A stretch of DNA of 38,830 nt, taken from a virus. Its lineage: Duplodnaviria; Caudoviricetes. Location: positions 1 to 38,830 of IMG/VR virus record IMGVR_UViG_3300033487_000021. One strand, written 5' to 3'. Below the pieces are notes generated by a model that saw nothing but the letters and a program-made list of their open reading frames with translations, searched no databases and was not told the origin of the DNA. A program made the position numbers and the translations under genes. Positions 18,113 to 27,856 of this stretch are shown here, in pieces (within the stretch, counting starts at the first letter, position 1; every line of letters starts with the position of its first letter).

Positions 18113-21100
18113 ATGCCGGAACTTCAGCCCGGAACAGCTCGGCTAAGCCCTCCGCAGAAGCCTAGGGCCTACATGGGAACCGTTGCCCGGAAATCCGGCA
18201 CCGGGCCGAACGTGTACCCTGCCGAGCTTCCCGAACTTCTCGACTGGGCGTCTTCCGAGTACAACCCGGTCGATGACCAACTCGACGATGTGTTCAAGTG
18301 GTCGCGCGAGTTGGACATACAGCAGACCAAGATTCTGGAGATGGGTCGTTGGGCGCGCAGGGACTTCTTGGACGAAGAGCCCAAGAAGGTGACCATCGAC
18401 CGCATGAAGGAAGTCATGCCCGGGGTCGCGGCCGAGGCCATCTACGAAGAGGTAGAGAAGAGTTGGGGCAAGTACCGCCGGCTCTGGAAAGAGGCCCGCG
18501 AGTATGCCAACGGCGAGAACCTGGACCTCGCCGTGAACCGCATCATGGAGATGAACAAGGAGGACAAACAGGCCCTATATCACTTCATGTGGGAGCAGTC
18601 CGAACCCAAGGCTAGAACTTGGTACGGGAGCATCTGGGAGGCTCTGGGCCGGGACGTTGACCGGTTGCAGAACAACTTCGAGGAACAGTTCACCGGGATT
18701 GCCGGAGAACTCCCAGACTCGCGTGAGAGGTCGCTCGCAAGCACCATGAAAGTGGGGCTTGTCGGGATGCTGGAAGACCTTGGGACCGGCACCCCCGATG
18801 CCTTGCAGATCACGACTGGCGAGCGGGCCGCTGCGAACGAACTCAAGGAACAGCGTCGTGTCGCCAGGGAAGCGGCCCGGATACGCCGAGAGGTCTACCG
18901 GGCGTACATGTCTGGTGACCCGATTGCTGCCAACAGCGCCTTCGAGCAGGGTGTCTACGATGTCGCTGGCATGCTGCCTTCTCTGGGCGCTGGCGTGGCT
19001 GCCGGGGCTGGCGGTGCGGTTGCCGGCGGTCCTCCAGGGGGCATTGCGGCCAGCATCGCCTTCTGGACGGCCCAGATTCAACCGGACCTGATGGATGACA
19101 TGGTCGAGGCCGGCATCCCGCCGAGAGAGGCGAGGACCTGGGCGTATCTGGCGGCGATACCGTCTGCGACCATCGAGATGGCCCAGATCAAGAAGATGAC
19201 CCCGGCTGGCAAGGAGGCAATCCGCCGGTCGGTCATGCCATTCATGATCGGTTTCGCCAAGAAGGTCGGCAACTCGTGGCTACGCGAGACTGGCGAAGAG
19301 GGTTGCCAGTTCGTAGTCGAGCAGGGCACCAAACTGGCAGCGATGGCTGCCAACGACCTGGAAATCAAGGACGTAGACGTCGCCAAGTTGATCCAGGACG
19401 GCGCGGAAGAGGTCAAACGAGCCGGGGTCAGCCTCGCGATTCTGACTGCGGTTGGACATACGCCCGCCGGCATCAAGGGCGCGTTGATGTCCAATGCCCA
19501 GGGTGGTCTGCTGTACGCCAACGCCAAACTCGTCGCCACGGACTCCAAGGACCCCAAGATGCGCCAGTACGGCGGCACCGTGCTGGAGATGGTCGAGCGC
19601 GGTCTGCCCATCGCCGGCAAAGAGGGGTTGATCAAGCGGGTCAACGACGAGGCTGCCAAGTTGGTGGTCAGCGAGTTGCGCAGTCGCCGCCTCGAAGCAG
19701 AGGCCAAGGAAGAGGTCAGGGCCAAGGAAGCAACCCCGGCCCCCGAGTACGAATCCGGCGAAGAGGCTCTTGCCAAGGTCGCAGAGCAGACCGAACACGT
19801 AGAGAAAGAGGTCAAGGTCAAGAAGGGTGCCATCACCGACAAGGAGACTGGCGGCAAACTCACATACGCCATCGAGCCGAGCAGCAAGCGACTGGTCGTG
19901 GACGAGATTGCCACCAAGGGCAACGCCGAACCCCTTCTGGAAGCGGCCAAGACCATGGCCACAGAGAAGGGGCTGGACCTTGTGATGGTTGCCGACGCCG
20001 AGCAACTGAAGACGTTCGGCGAGACACTCAAGCGGGCCGGCATCTCTCCGACGGTCGAGGGAACCCCGGAAGCCAGAGGCGGTTACACCCACGCCTTCAG
20101 GGTCAACAAGGTCGAGGGCATCAAGGTCCCGCCGCCGGCCAAACTCAAGTTGCGTGGCGAGCAGGCCCTGGCGGAAGCAGTCTCTGCCGCCCCGGCAGTA
20201 GTTGAGAGAGCCAAGGCCAGGAAGGCCGCGCCGCGCGAGACTGCCAGGGCGCGACTGGCGGCTGCGAAGGCCAAAGTTGCAGTTCCGGCACCCACCCCGG
20301 TCGTCAAGCCCATCTCGGCAGAGGAACGCATCGCCGAGGTAGCCAAGACATCCCCCAAGAACGAGTGGGTGGACAAGCGCATCGCCAAGTTGGGCAAGGT
20401 CACCAGCGGTCTCGGCATTGATCAGCAGTTGGACGAGACTCGCAAGGCGTTCAAGGCTGGCAAGATCGGCCGGGAAGAACTGATTCGCATCGCCGAAGCT
20501 GCCATCGACGCAGTCGGCCGTGTCCAGGACAAGGACAAGGTCAAGTTGCCCAAACAGGCTGCCCGCGTCAAGGCCATGATCGAGACGGTCGGCAAGTTGG
20601 GCGCACCGGCAGCGGCAAAGGTCGAAACGCCCAAGCCAGCGCCGATAGAGAAACCCAAGCCAGTTCCCGCGCCGGCACCCGAGCCAGCCGCCAAACCCAC
20701 TTCGGTCGGCGTCAAGTTCAAGGGCGGCGTGACGCTGGACTACGACAGTCTGATCAGCAATCTGAAGACCGACCTCAAACTGGCCAGACATGCCGAAGAC
20801 TGGGATCGTGCGGCCAAGATCGAGAAGCAGATCGCTTCCTACGAGAAGCAACGGGCAGAAACGAAGGTGAGACCAGAACCGGCGGCACCCAGGAAGGTCG
20901 AGAAGCCGCCCGCACCTGTCGCACCGCCAAAGGTCGCCGAACGTCCAGAAGTCATCGTGGACAAGGGTGTGGCCAGACCAGCCACTGCCATGGAGCGTCT
21001 ACTGGCAGAGAAGCGTGGCCAAGTACTTCCAAGGGCACCGGTTCCGACCAGTGGGACAGCCACTGTGGCTGCTCAGCCGCGACAGGCTCAACTCCCCCCA

Positions 21101-24100
21101 GAGCAGAGGTCTAAAGCGGTAGAGGCCGGTGCCCGACTTCTTCGTGAGATCGAAGAGAAGCATGGCAAGAAGGGGGCCGATCTAAGCGACTTCGAGACCA
21201 GCCACTTCGGCGGCAGATCGGTCCAGGGCATGTTCCGAGAGGCGCTGGAGTCCGGGAATCTGGACAAGGGCATCAGCGATCTCCGGTTCGCCCGCAAGGA
21301 ACTGAACGCCAACTACGGTCACAAGTCCAAGGCGAGGCAGAAGTTCCGCCAGGACTACGTGGCCATGATCGAGAAGTTGATCGGCAAGCTGGAGGAACTC
21401 AAGAAGGGCGAAGTCCCAGTCGAGGTCGCAGCCGAGCAGGAAGCCGCCGACTTGGCCGCTTTGCAGGCCCGGCGTGAGGCCGAAGAGACCGAGAAGCAGA
21501 TGACCCCGGACGAGTGGGCAGCCCATGTTGCCGAGCAACAGGTTGCCGCACAACCAGTCGTCAGACCGGGAGAACCAGTCGGCAAGGATGTCATCGCCCA
21601 GATTCACCAGGAAACCGAGAAGGAGATGGAGGAACTCGGCGAGAAGGCCGGAGTTCGCAAACCCAGCGTCGTCCAGCGGAAGATGTACGAGGCCAAACTG
21701 CGTGAGCAGGAGAAGTTGGTCGAAGAGGGCAGCAAGTACGAGTTGATGGCCGATGCACTCTCCGAGTTGCCCGAGAAGGACCAGCAGGCAGCCCTGGCCG
21801 AGATGGACAAGGACACTCGCGCGGCCGTCCAGGAACTCGTGAAGGCCAAGAAGTCCAAGGCGCAGAAGGATGTGGACGATCACGAGGGAGACCCAGAGAC
21901 CCGCGCCGAGACCGAAGAGCAGACCACCACCCTCGGGTCTGGCATCCCCTTCACGCCTCTCTGGAACTTCGCCAAGAGCTTCCTGCACAGCGCCGCGACC
22001 GGCTTCGAGAAGGGTCATGCGCTGCGCGAGGGATTCCTGGCGGTCCACGAAGCACTCCGTTCCGCCTTCGCCAGCAAGGGTTACGGTCAGAGCGTGGCCC
22101 GGGACGCGATTCTGGGCATGTACCAGAACGTCTTGCAAGACCCGGAAGACCAACGCGCGTTCACCTTCTGGCAGGAAGACGAGTCGAAACCACTTCCGGA
22201 ACATCTGAAGGAAGTCGGGAAAGACTTCTTGGAACACTACCAAGTCATCGCGAACATGTGGAAGGAGATGGGCGGACACCAGTGGCCGGAGAGCAAGATC
22301 AAGCAGCTCGAAGGCCGCATCGACGATCTGAAGAAGGACATCGACGTCATCAAGAACCCGCTCACCCGGGCCGCGCGCGTAGAAGAGATTCAGACGCTCG
22401 GCAAGACAATCGAGTTGCTGAGCGGCCTGCGATACAGCCACCGCACCATTAACTTCCAGCTTGCCAGCAAGGTGGAGATGATGGTCGAGGGCGGCGGGTT
22501 GAAAGAGAAGCTGCGCCAGACCCCGGAACGTGTGTTGGGCAGGGAGTACCTGACTATCCAGGACCTGTTGGACTCCGGACTGCCGGTCGAGATGGACCCG
22601 CGTGTGGCACTGGCCGACGTCTACAGCTACGTCCTGCACAAGCACATGGTCAACGAGTTCCACGAGGGCGTGAAGTCCAACCCGGAACTGGCAAAGGCGG
22701 TAGACTACAGCATCCGGGTAGATACGGCCGGCGACAGACGGTACAAGGTCATCGACGACAAGGGCGAGCAGGTAGGTAGCGCCCACACCAAGAACGAGGC
22801 GGAGTCGATCATCCGTCAGTTGATGGGCAAGGAGACCGAGAACTGGGAAGAGGTCCCGGGCATCGACGCCTACAGCCGCAGTCGCGTCAAGGTCGGTGAA
22901 GAGACCGTCAAGGTCATGAAAGAGAACGGCAAGATCACCACCGAGACCCGTCCGCGGTACAAGTTCTTCGGGAAGAAGTGGTTGGTGCGACCGGAGTTGG
23001 CGCAGGCAATCCGCGACTTCACGGAGGGTTACGGCGGGGTGACGACTGCCGGCCGGATGTACGACCGGGTGAACGCTGTCATCAAGGCGTTCAAGTTCTA
23101 CCAGTTCCTGCGCATGACCATGAACAACATCCCGCAGAGTCTCGCTGCTGCCGGGTTCCGTGGTCTGATCTACTGGAAGAAGGGGTTCGACGAGGCTCTC
23201 AAGAAGAGTGACACGTACCGGGCCTATCAGGCCATGGACCTGTTTGCCCAGCCGGAAGACATGATCCAGGAGAGCTTCCTGGACGACATCAGGGACTCGC
23301 TGAACGCCGCGGCCATGACCAATTCGCAGGTCGGGCGCTTCTTCCTGAAGAACGCCGAGATGAAACCCGGCGAGGGCGTGGGCACGTTCATCTGGAGGAT
23401 GTTGCGACCCACCGATCACAACGCGCTCCTGAACATGAACCGCCAGCTCACGTGGTGGCTGGACCGCGCTGCACGAGTCGGTACGGCGATGGCCCTGGAG
23501 AAAGAGGGCCACACCCGGGCCGAGGCGGTCTACATGACCCGCCTGTTCATGGCCGACTACTCGGTCATGCGCCGCACGATTGGCAAGTGGTCCGGTCGCA
23601 TCTTCCTGACCCCGGCGTACAAGACAGCGATGTGGTACAGGTTGTTCCCCGAATTGCTGGCCCACCCCATGAAGTACAAGCGCCAACTTGCCAGAATCTT
23701 CGGGATGTACCTGATCACCGCCGCCGTGGCCGCGCACTTCGGGTACACCTGGGAAGAGTACTACCGGTACATCCGGAAGCGCAAGCCGGAAGAGGGCGAG
23801 GGCGAGGATGTCATCCAGATGTACGGCCCGTTCGCCGAGCCGTGGAAGGTCATCGGCAGGATGATGTTGGGCAGCGAGGACGAGTTGCTGCGCGGGCTGT
23901 GGCAACCGCTCTATGCCAACCTGTCGGGTCTGCCGCATGCCGCGATCAGCCTTGCCTGGAACCGCGACTGGAAGGGCGACAAGGTCTACACGCCCGGAGC
24001 ACCAAGGAACCAGCAGGTTCTTGAGCTGATCGGGTTCCTGGGGCGGGAACTGATGCCGGTGACCGAGGAAATCGGCCAGTGGACCGAGGAAGACCGGTCC

Positions 24101-24607
24101 AAGTTCTCCAAGATCATCAACTCGCTGGGCATCACCATGTACCACCGCGAGGCCAACAAGCGCACGTGGTACGAGAACCGCATCAACAACGAGCAGAAAC
24201 GGTTGAGCGGTTGGGCCAAGACCATGGCTGAGAAGGACCCCGAGCACTGGCTGGACTACTCCAAGAACGCTGGCCAGCGCCTGTCGCACTACGTGACGGC
24301 GCTCAGCGAGACCATGTTCATGTACGAACAGCGGCTCGAACAGGCCCGTTCACCGGGCGAGTGGCAGCGCCAGTTGAGCTGGCTGGACCAGTGGGCGTTC
24401 ACATGGACCCAACCCGGCACCGGCTACCCGACCATGCTGACCAAGAAGATGATGACCGAGCTGAAGGCCCTGGAGGCCGAGATAGAGCAGGGCGACGACG
24501 AGTCCCCCGCCAAGTGGGAAGAGCGCAGGACGCAGCATTTCATGCGCAAGATGTTCGCGGCGTCGTTCCTGCGGGAAGTCTCCGAAGCCAAACTCAACAG
24601 GAGGTAG
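18113..24607 (+). CDS. Large ejection/internal virion protein (2164 aa, polyvalent-type)
   Basis: Helical; Gly/Ala hydrophobic stretches near the N-terminus, central P/A/K/E-rich linker, aromatic-rich helical C-terminal ~900 aa; last gene before lysis genes. Confidence 0.7.
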   Translation: MPELQPGTARLSPPQKPRAYMGTVARKSGTGPNVYPAELPELLDWASSEYNPVDDQLDDVFKWSRELDIQQTKILEMGRWARRDFLDEEPKKVTIDRMKEVMPGVAAEAIYEEVEKSWGKYRRLWKEAREYANGENLDLAVNRIMEMNKEDKQALYHFMWEQSEPKARTWYGSIWEALGRDVDRLQNNFEEQFTGIAGELPDSRERSLASTMKVGLVGMLEDLGTGTPDALQITTGERAAANELKEQRRVAREAARIRREVYRAYMSGDPIAANSAFEQGVYDVAGMLPSLGAGVAAGAGGAVAGGPPGGIAASIAFWTAQIQPDLMDDMVEAGIPPREARTWAYLAAIPSATIEMAQIKKMTPAGKEAIRRSVMPFMIGFAKKVGNSWLRETGEEGCQFVVEQGTKLAAMAANDLEIKDVDVAKLIQDGAEEVKRAGVSLAILTAVGHTPAGIKGALMSNAQGGLLYANAKLVATDSKDPKMRQYGGTVLEMVERGLPIAGKEGLIKRVNDEAAKLVVSELRSRRLEAEAKEEVRAKEATPAPEYESGEEALAKVAEQTEHVEKEVKVKKGAITDKETGGKLTYAIEPSSKRLVVDEIATKGNAEPLLEAAKTMATEKGLDLVMVADAEQLKTFGETLKRAGISPTVEGTPEARGGYTHAFRVNKVEGIKVPPPAKLKLRGEQALAEAVSAAPAVVERAKARKAAPRETARARLAAAKAKVAVPAPTPVVKPISAEERIAEVAKTSPKNEWVDKRIAKLGKVTSGLGIDQQLDETRKAFKAGKIGREELIRIAEAAIDAVGRVQDKDKVKLPKQAARVKAMIETVGKLGAPAAAKVETPKPAPIEKPKPVPAPAPEPAAKPTSVGVKFKGGVTLDYDSLISNLKTDLKLARHAEDWDRAAKIEKQIASYEKQRAETKVRPEPAAPRKVEKPPAPVAPPKVAERPEVIVDKGVARPATAMERLLAEKRGQVLPRAPVPTSGTATVAAQPRQAQLPPEQRSKAVEAGARLLREIEEKHGKKGADLSDFETSHFGGRSVQGMFREALESGNLDKGISDLRFARKELNANYGHKSKARQKFRQDYVAMIEKLIGKLEELKKGEVPVEVAAEQEAADLAALQARREAEETEKQMTPDEWAAHVAEQQVAAQPVVRPGEPVGKDVIAQIHQETEKEMEELGEKAGVRKPSVVQRKMYEAKLREQEKLVEEGSKYELMADALSELPEKDQQAALAEMDKDTRAAVQELVKAKKSKAQKDVDDHEGDPETRAETEEQTTTLGSGIPFTPLWNFAKSFLHSAATGFEKGHALREGFLAVHEALRSAFASKGYGQSVARDAILGMYQNVLQDPEDQRAFTFWQEDESKPLPEHLKEVGKDFLEHYQVIANMWKEMGGHQWPESKIKQLEGRIDDLKKDIDVIKNPLTRAARVEEIQTLGKTIELLSGLRYSHRTINFQLASKVEMMVEGGGLKEKLRQTPERVLGREYLTIQDLLDSGLPVEMDPRVALADVYSYVLHKHMVNEFHEGVKSNPELAKAVDYSIRVDTAGDRRYKVIDDKGEQVGSAHTKNEAESIIRQLMGKETENWEEVPGIDAYSRSRVKVGEETVKVMKENGKITTETRPRYKFFGKKWLVRPELAQAIRDFTEGYGGVTTAGRMYDRVNAVIKAFKFYQFLRMTMNNIPQSLAAAGFRGLIYWKKGFDEALKKSDTYRAYQAMDLFAQPEDMIQESFLDDIRDSLNAAAMTNSQVGRFFLKNAEMKPGEGVGTFIWRMLRPTDHNALLNMNRQLTWWLDRAARVGTAMALEKEGHTRAEAVYMTRLFMADYSVMRRTIGKWSGRIFLTPAYKTAMWYRLFPELLAHPMKYKRQLARIFGMYLITAAVAAHFGYTWEEYYRYIRKRKPEEGEGEDVIQMYGPFAEPWKVIGRMMLGSEDELLRGLWQPLYANLSGLPHAAISLAWNRDWKGDKVYTPGAPRNQQVLELIGFLGRELMPVTEEIGQWTEEDRSKFSKIINSLGITMYHREANKRTWYENRINNEQKRLSGWAKTMAEKDPEHWLDYSKNAGQRLSHYVTALSETMFMYEQRLEQARSPGEWQRQLSWLDQWAFTWTQPGTGYPTMLTKKMMTELKALEAEIEQGDDESPAKWEERRTQHFMRKMFAASFLREVSEAKLNRR

Positions 24608-24609
24608 TC

Positions 24610-24879
24610 ATGGACCTTCCAAGCGTCACCAGTCTGATCACCGGGGGAAGTGGGGCTGCCGGCGGTATCGTGGCCGGTATCATCCTGGCGAAGAAGTTCC
24701 TGAACGGGCATGTCATCCCGGCGTGTCCCGGTGCAGATGCCTTTGCCGAGATCAAGACCGGGTGCCGACTGATGAAAGAGGCCGTGGACCGGAACACCAA
24801 GGTCAGCGAAGAGGCCACTGCGGCCCTTCTGACCGTGGTGAAGGCCCTGGTGGCCATGGAAGAGGGGAACAAGCGATGA
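24610..24879 (+). CDS. Holin-like small membrane protein
   Basis: 89 aa from ATG24610 (GGAGG RBS); N-terminal hydrophobic helix GAAGGIVAGIILAKK then coiled coil. Confidence 0.5.
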   Translation: MDLPSVTSLITGGSGAAGGIVAGIILAKKFLNGHVIPACPGADAFAEIKTGCRLMKEAVDRNTKVSEEATAALLTVVKALVAMEEGNKR

Positions 24880-25286
24880 AATGGATTCTCGTCCCGGCAC
24901 TGTTGGTCGGCATGACCGGCTGCAAGGTGGACCCGGCGCTCCAGGCGGAGATCGCCAAGCTGACCGAGAACGTCAAGGTGACTGCCAACCGGATCATCGA
25001 CGCCGAGGGGCGGATCGCGGTCATCTACGCCGACTTCAAGGCTGGCAAGTTGACCAAGGAACAGGTCGATGTCGAGTTCGCCAAGACCAAGATGGACCTG
25101 GAAGTGTTCCGGACCCAACTCGCAGATGGCAAGACCGCCCTGGCAGCCGCCGAGGCCCGTGCCAAAGAGCAGGGCATGGGCGCAGGCGACATACTGCTGA
25201 ACACGCTGATCGCGGTCGGGTCCGTGATTCTAGGACGGCGTCTTGGGGTCCCCGGCCTCGCCTCGAAGGTCCAGCCCGCTGCTTAA
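24876..25286 (+). CDS. Lipoprotein with C-terminal membrane segment (u-spanin-like topology)
   Basis: MKWILVPALLVGMTG-C lipobox, long coiled coil, hydrophobic ILLNTLIAVGSVILG followed by RR; ATGA overlap with holin-like gene. Confidence 0.6.
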   Translation: MKWILVPALLVGMTGCKVDPALQAEIAKLTENVKVTANRIIDAEGRIAVIYADFKAGKLTKEQVDVEFAKTKMDLEVFRTQLADGKTALAAAEARAKEQGMGAGDILLNTLIAVGSVILGRRLGVPGLASKVQPAA

Positions 25287-25490
25287 CGGCACACCCAACC
25301 CGTCAAGAAGCTGGGGGGCACCCGTCTTGGGTGCCCCCTCTCTTGCGACGAGCTTCTGGCAGAGCTTCTGGAAGCCCTGCGGGTCCTTCAGACCGAACAG
25401 GATCGAGGCCCGGTAGTACTTCTTGTATCTGGTCAGTTCACCGAGGCTGTAGGTCAGGGACGCTTCCAGCCGGTTGATCGTTTCCTGCAT
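25230..25490 (-). CDS. Hypothetical protein
   Basis: 86 aa from ATG25490 (MQETINRLE..); weak RBS, overlaps both neighbours. Confidence 0.4.
   Translation of the reverse strand: MQETINRLEASLTYSLGELTRYKKYYRASILFGLKDPQGFQKLCQKLVAREGAPKTGAPQLLDGLGVPLSSGLDLRGEAGDPKTPS
25314..25345. terminator. Hairpin at the convergence of the two arms
   Basis: GGGGGCACCC-GTCTT-GGGTGCCCCC perfect 10-bp stem followed by TCTCTT on the + strand. Confidence 0.65.
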
Positions 25491-26094
25491 CAGCCGGGAG
25501 TTCGGGGTTGACGAACTCGCTGGGGAGGACGGCGGCGATGATGTCCCGGAGACGGGAGTTGAAGACGTCGAAGACTTCCTGCCGGCCTTGCTTGTACGCA
25601 TTCAGACGACCTCCAGTGTTGTTGTTGGGCGGTGCGCCCGGGATGGCCTCCAGCGGCATGCGGTACAGGGTGTCGATCTGCTCCACCGGGATGCCGGTCG
25701 GAGCGTCGTAGGTCTGGGGTGCCTGACCGGCGGGACCGTACCGAGCCGCGGTCTCGGCCACGGCGGAGTTGACCTGTTCGTTGATCATCTCCTGGACGCG
25801 GACGGCGACCTCCGGCATCTGCAAGATGGCCTCAACCGGGGTGTACATGGTCTGGCGAATCTGGAGCTGCTGGGGCATCTGCTGGGTCGGGACCGCCACG
25901 CCGACATGGGCCGGCTGGCGCATCCGGAGAGGTATCTGGCGTGGGGGCGGGGGCGGCATGGTCTGGATGAACCCCCTCTGGGGCATCTGGGCAGCTGGCG
26001 GTCGGAACGACCCGACCGGTTGCGACACCCCACACTGGCATCTGAACGACAGGGCTCCGCAGTTCGGGCAGTACGCGTTCTGGTAACGTCCCAT
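25438..26094 (-). CDS. Zn-finger, Pro/Gln-rich hypothetical protein
   Basis: N-terminal CPNC-x7-CQC, P/Q/M-rich low-complexity region; strong GGAGG RBS. Confidence 0.72.
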   Translation of the reverse strand: MGRYQNAYCPNCGALSFRCQCGVSQPVGSFRPPAAQMPQRGFIQTMPPPPPRQIPLRMRQPAHVGVAVPTQQMPQQLQIRQTMYTPVEAILQMPEVAVRVQEMINEQVNSAVAETAARYGPAGQAPQTYDAPTGIPVEQIDTLYRMPLEAIPGAPPNNNTGGRLNAYKQGRQEVFDVFNSRLRDIIAAVLPSEFVNPELPADAGNDQPAGSVPDLQPR

Positions 26095-26554
26095 GAGTTC
26101 CTCCCGGCCTCCCGTAGATGATTCTCACTCGGACACCCGGCTTACTGTCCGGGTCACCCGAGTCAGTGTACATCTTGAAGGCCGAGATGTCAACCACCTG
26201 ACTATCGTCACTGTAGGCGACACCGTTGAGTGAGTCCAGAATGACCTTGACGATGTTGTCCAGGTCGGGCTTGCACTTGGCCCAGTCGCGGTCTTTGGGA
26301 AGACGCTTGGGACGGGGGTGGAACGCCTGAATCCAGACCCCGACCCACGATGTCGTGTCCAACCGGGCACCAGCCTCGATGGCCCGCAACCTGATCAGTG
26401 CCTCGTAGCTGGAGGTCTTCTTGGTCGTGAACACCCGGCCATGGCCGAATCTGGGCCGATCCTTGCCCTCGGGGCGACCTTCGACGAAGAAGGTAATGGC
26501 CTTTGCTTGCGTTACAGTGCCCCCAGACGAACGATTGGCTTCTGGGGTAGACAT
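25832..26554 (-). CDS. rusA: RusA family Holliday junction resolvase
   Basis: GRPEGKDRPRF, KPDLDNIVKVILDSLNGVAYSDDSQV catalytic motif; TGATG coupling to upstream gene. Confidence 0.92.
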   Translation of the reverse strand: MSTPEANRSSGGTVTQAKAITFFVEGRPEGKDRPRFGHGRVFTTKKTSSYEALIRLRAIEAGARLDTTSWVGVWIQAFHPRPKRLPKDRDWAKCKPDLDNIVKVILDSLNGVAYSDDSQVVDISAFKMYTDSGDPDSKPGVRVRIIYGRPGGTHGTLPERVLPELRSPVVQMPVWGVATGRVVPTASCPDAPEGVHPDHAAPAPTPDTSPDAPAGPCRRGGPDPADAPAAPDSPDHVHPG

Positions 26555-27237
26555 CACCAATCCGGTCCCGAGGCGGTCCTGGCGGCGATTCTACGGGGTT
26601 CTGGGGGCTTTCCAGCGGGCACCACCGACTTGGCGATGATCTTGGCGACATGGCCATCTGCGAACCGGACCATCAGCGGCGGACGATCTCCCCAGACCTT
26701 CTTGTTGTGGACCATCGCAAGCTTCTCCAGATACAGTGGATACATCACCCCGGCCTTGAAGGCTTCGTCGCGCATGCCCCGAACCCACTCGACACAGGCC
26801 GTGGATCGCTTCAAGACCTCCGGGATCATCTCTGGTGCGACATCTCTGGCCATGAACTTCCGACCGGCATCGCACGTGCAGCAGACCGTCACCACCGAAC
26901 AGTAGTCCCCTCCCAGACCGAGATGCCAACCATGATCGTCCTTGTACGCCAGAACCATCAGTAACCCCGTGTGGTCGAAGCACATCTGGCAGTTATCAGT
27001 GTACCAGCGACGATGCCCGACGATCTGAGAGATGGCCTTCCGGAACACCCTGGCCTTCGGAGCAGCAACCGAGTTGCCCAGCAGCTCGCCCACGACCCGG
27101 AAGATGTCTTCGGTGTTGTACGGCGATATCTTCTCGATCAGCTTGTCCCACTCCATCGCCACATCTGTCTGATTGTCCTTGAAAGGACGCTGACCGAACT
27201 CGGTTATGTACTTGACCCAGAATGCTTTAGACTCCAC
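26554..27237 (-). CDS. Replication protein, putative helicase loader-like Zn-binding protein
   Basis: Helical N-terminus then CQMC..G and CTCDAG Zn ligands; lies between initiator-like gene and rusA; no Walker A seen. Confidence 0.5.
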   Translation of the reverse strand: MESKAFWVKYITEFGQRPFKDNQTDVAMEWDKLIEKISPYNTEDIFRVVGELLGNSVAAPKARVFRKAISQIVGHRRWYTDNCQMCFDHTGLLMVLAYKDDHGWHLGLGGDYCSVVTVCCTCDAGRKFMARDVAPEMIPEVLKRSTACVEWVRGMRDEAFKAGVMYPLYLEKLAMVHNKKVWGDRPPLMVRFADGHVAKIIAKSVVPAGKPPEPRRIAARTASGPDW

Positions 27238-27586
27238 TTGGCTGCTCCCCCCACAGCTTCTTTCTGTCCTCGTCCTCCTTGCGCAGACGACGCTCCCGTA
27301 ACTTGTCCCAGTCGATCTCTTCGTTCTCCGGCTCGATCACCGGATGCACGAACTCTTCCCAGTGCCGACCGGGTCCGTAGAACGTCGAGGCATGCTTGAT
27401 GAACTGCTGCTCCTTGCCAACCACCGACTTGGCGTAGTTCTCGGCGGCGGCTATCAATTCCGGCCATGTGATGCCGACCTTCAAGAGCCTCTGAACCACC
27501 CGCCACGCGTTGAACTTCGAGACCCTCCTTGGATACGCATTCCAAAGCGTATCGAACTCACCGGGATACTGAGTTCTTTCGACCAA
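27227..27586 (-). CDS. Replication initiator C-terminal-domain-like protein
   Basis: EFDTLWNAYPRRVSK..A..Y...FIKHASTF..WEEF matches phage replisome-organiser C-terminal domains; TTG start with AAGGAGG RBS. Confidence 0.75.
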   Translation of the reverse strand: MVERTQYPGEFDTLWNAYPRRVSKFNAWRVVQRLLKVGITWPELIAAAENYAKSVVGKEQQFIKHASTFYGPGRHWEEFVHPVIEPENEEIDWDKLRERRLRKEDEDRKKLWGEQPSGV

Positions 27587-27856
27587 GCGAACCTCCTTCC
27601 TATCAGTCTCTATCCATCACCGAAGGTGATGTGCCCAGAGCGAGTCTTCCCCCAGCCCCCTACCGACGGAGCCGGAGTTCATGACCCGCTCTGAAGCGGT
27701 GGGGTGCGGCTTGTTTTGGGTGGAGTGCCCGCGCCCTCTTACACGGAGTTTGGCCTTGACCGTTGCCGGCTGTCTCTCCGGTCGCAAGGCCACTGACCCC
27801 GACCTTCCCCCGTCCCGGGACGGTTTCCGGTCTAATCCCCGCACTGGCCTCGGGCC

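Noticed and set aside
21182-24289. 1035-aa - strand ORF and other long antisense ORFs (2141-3718, 4657-6225, 6802-8463, 19280-20851)
   Set aside because: Shadow frames of GC3-rich genes on the opposite strand; no RBS or recognisable motifs
27617-27844. 75-aa ORF upstream of the initiator-like gene
   Set aside because: No RBS, R/G/S-rich non-protein-like composition; treated as leader sequence
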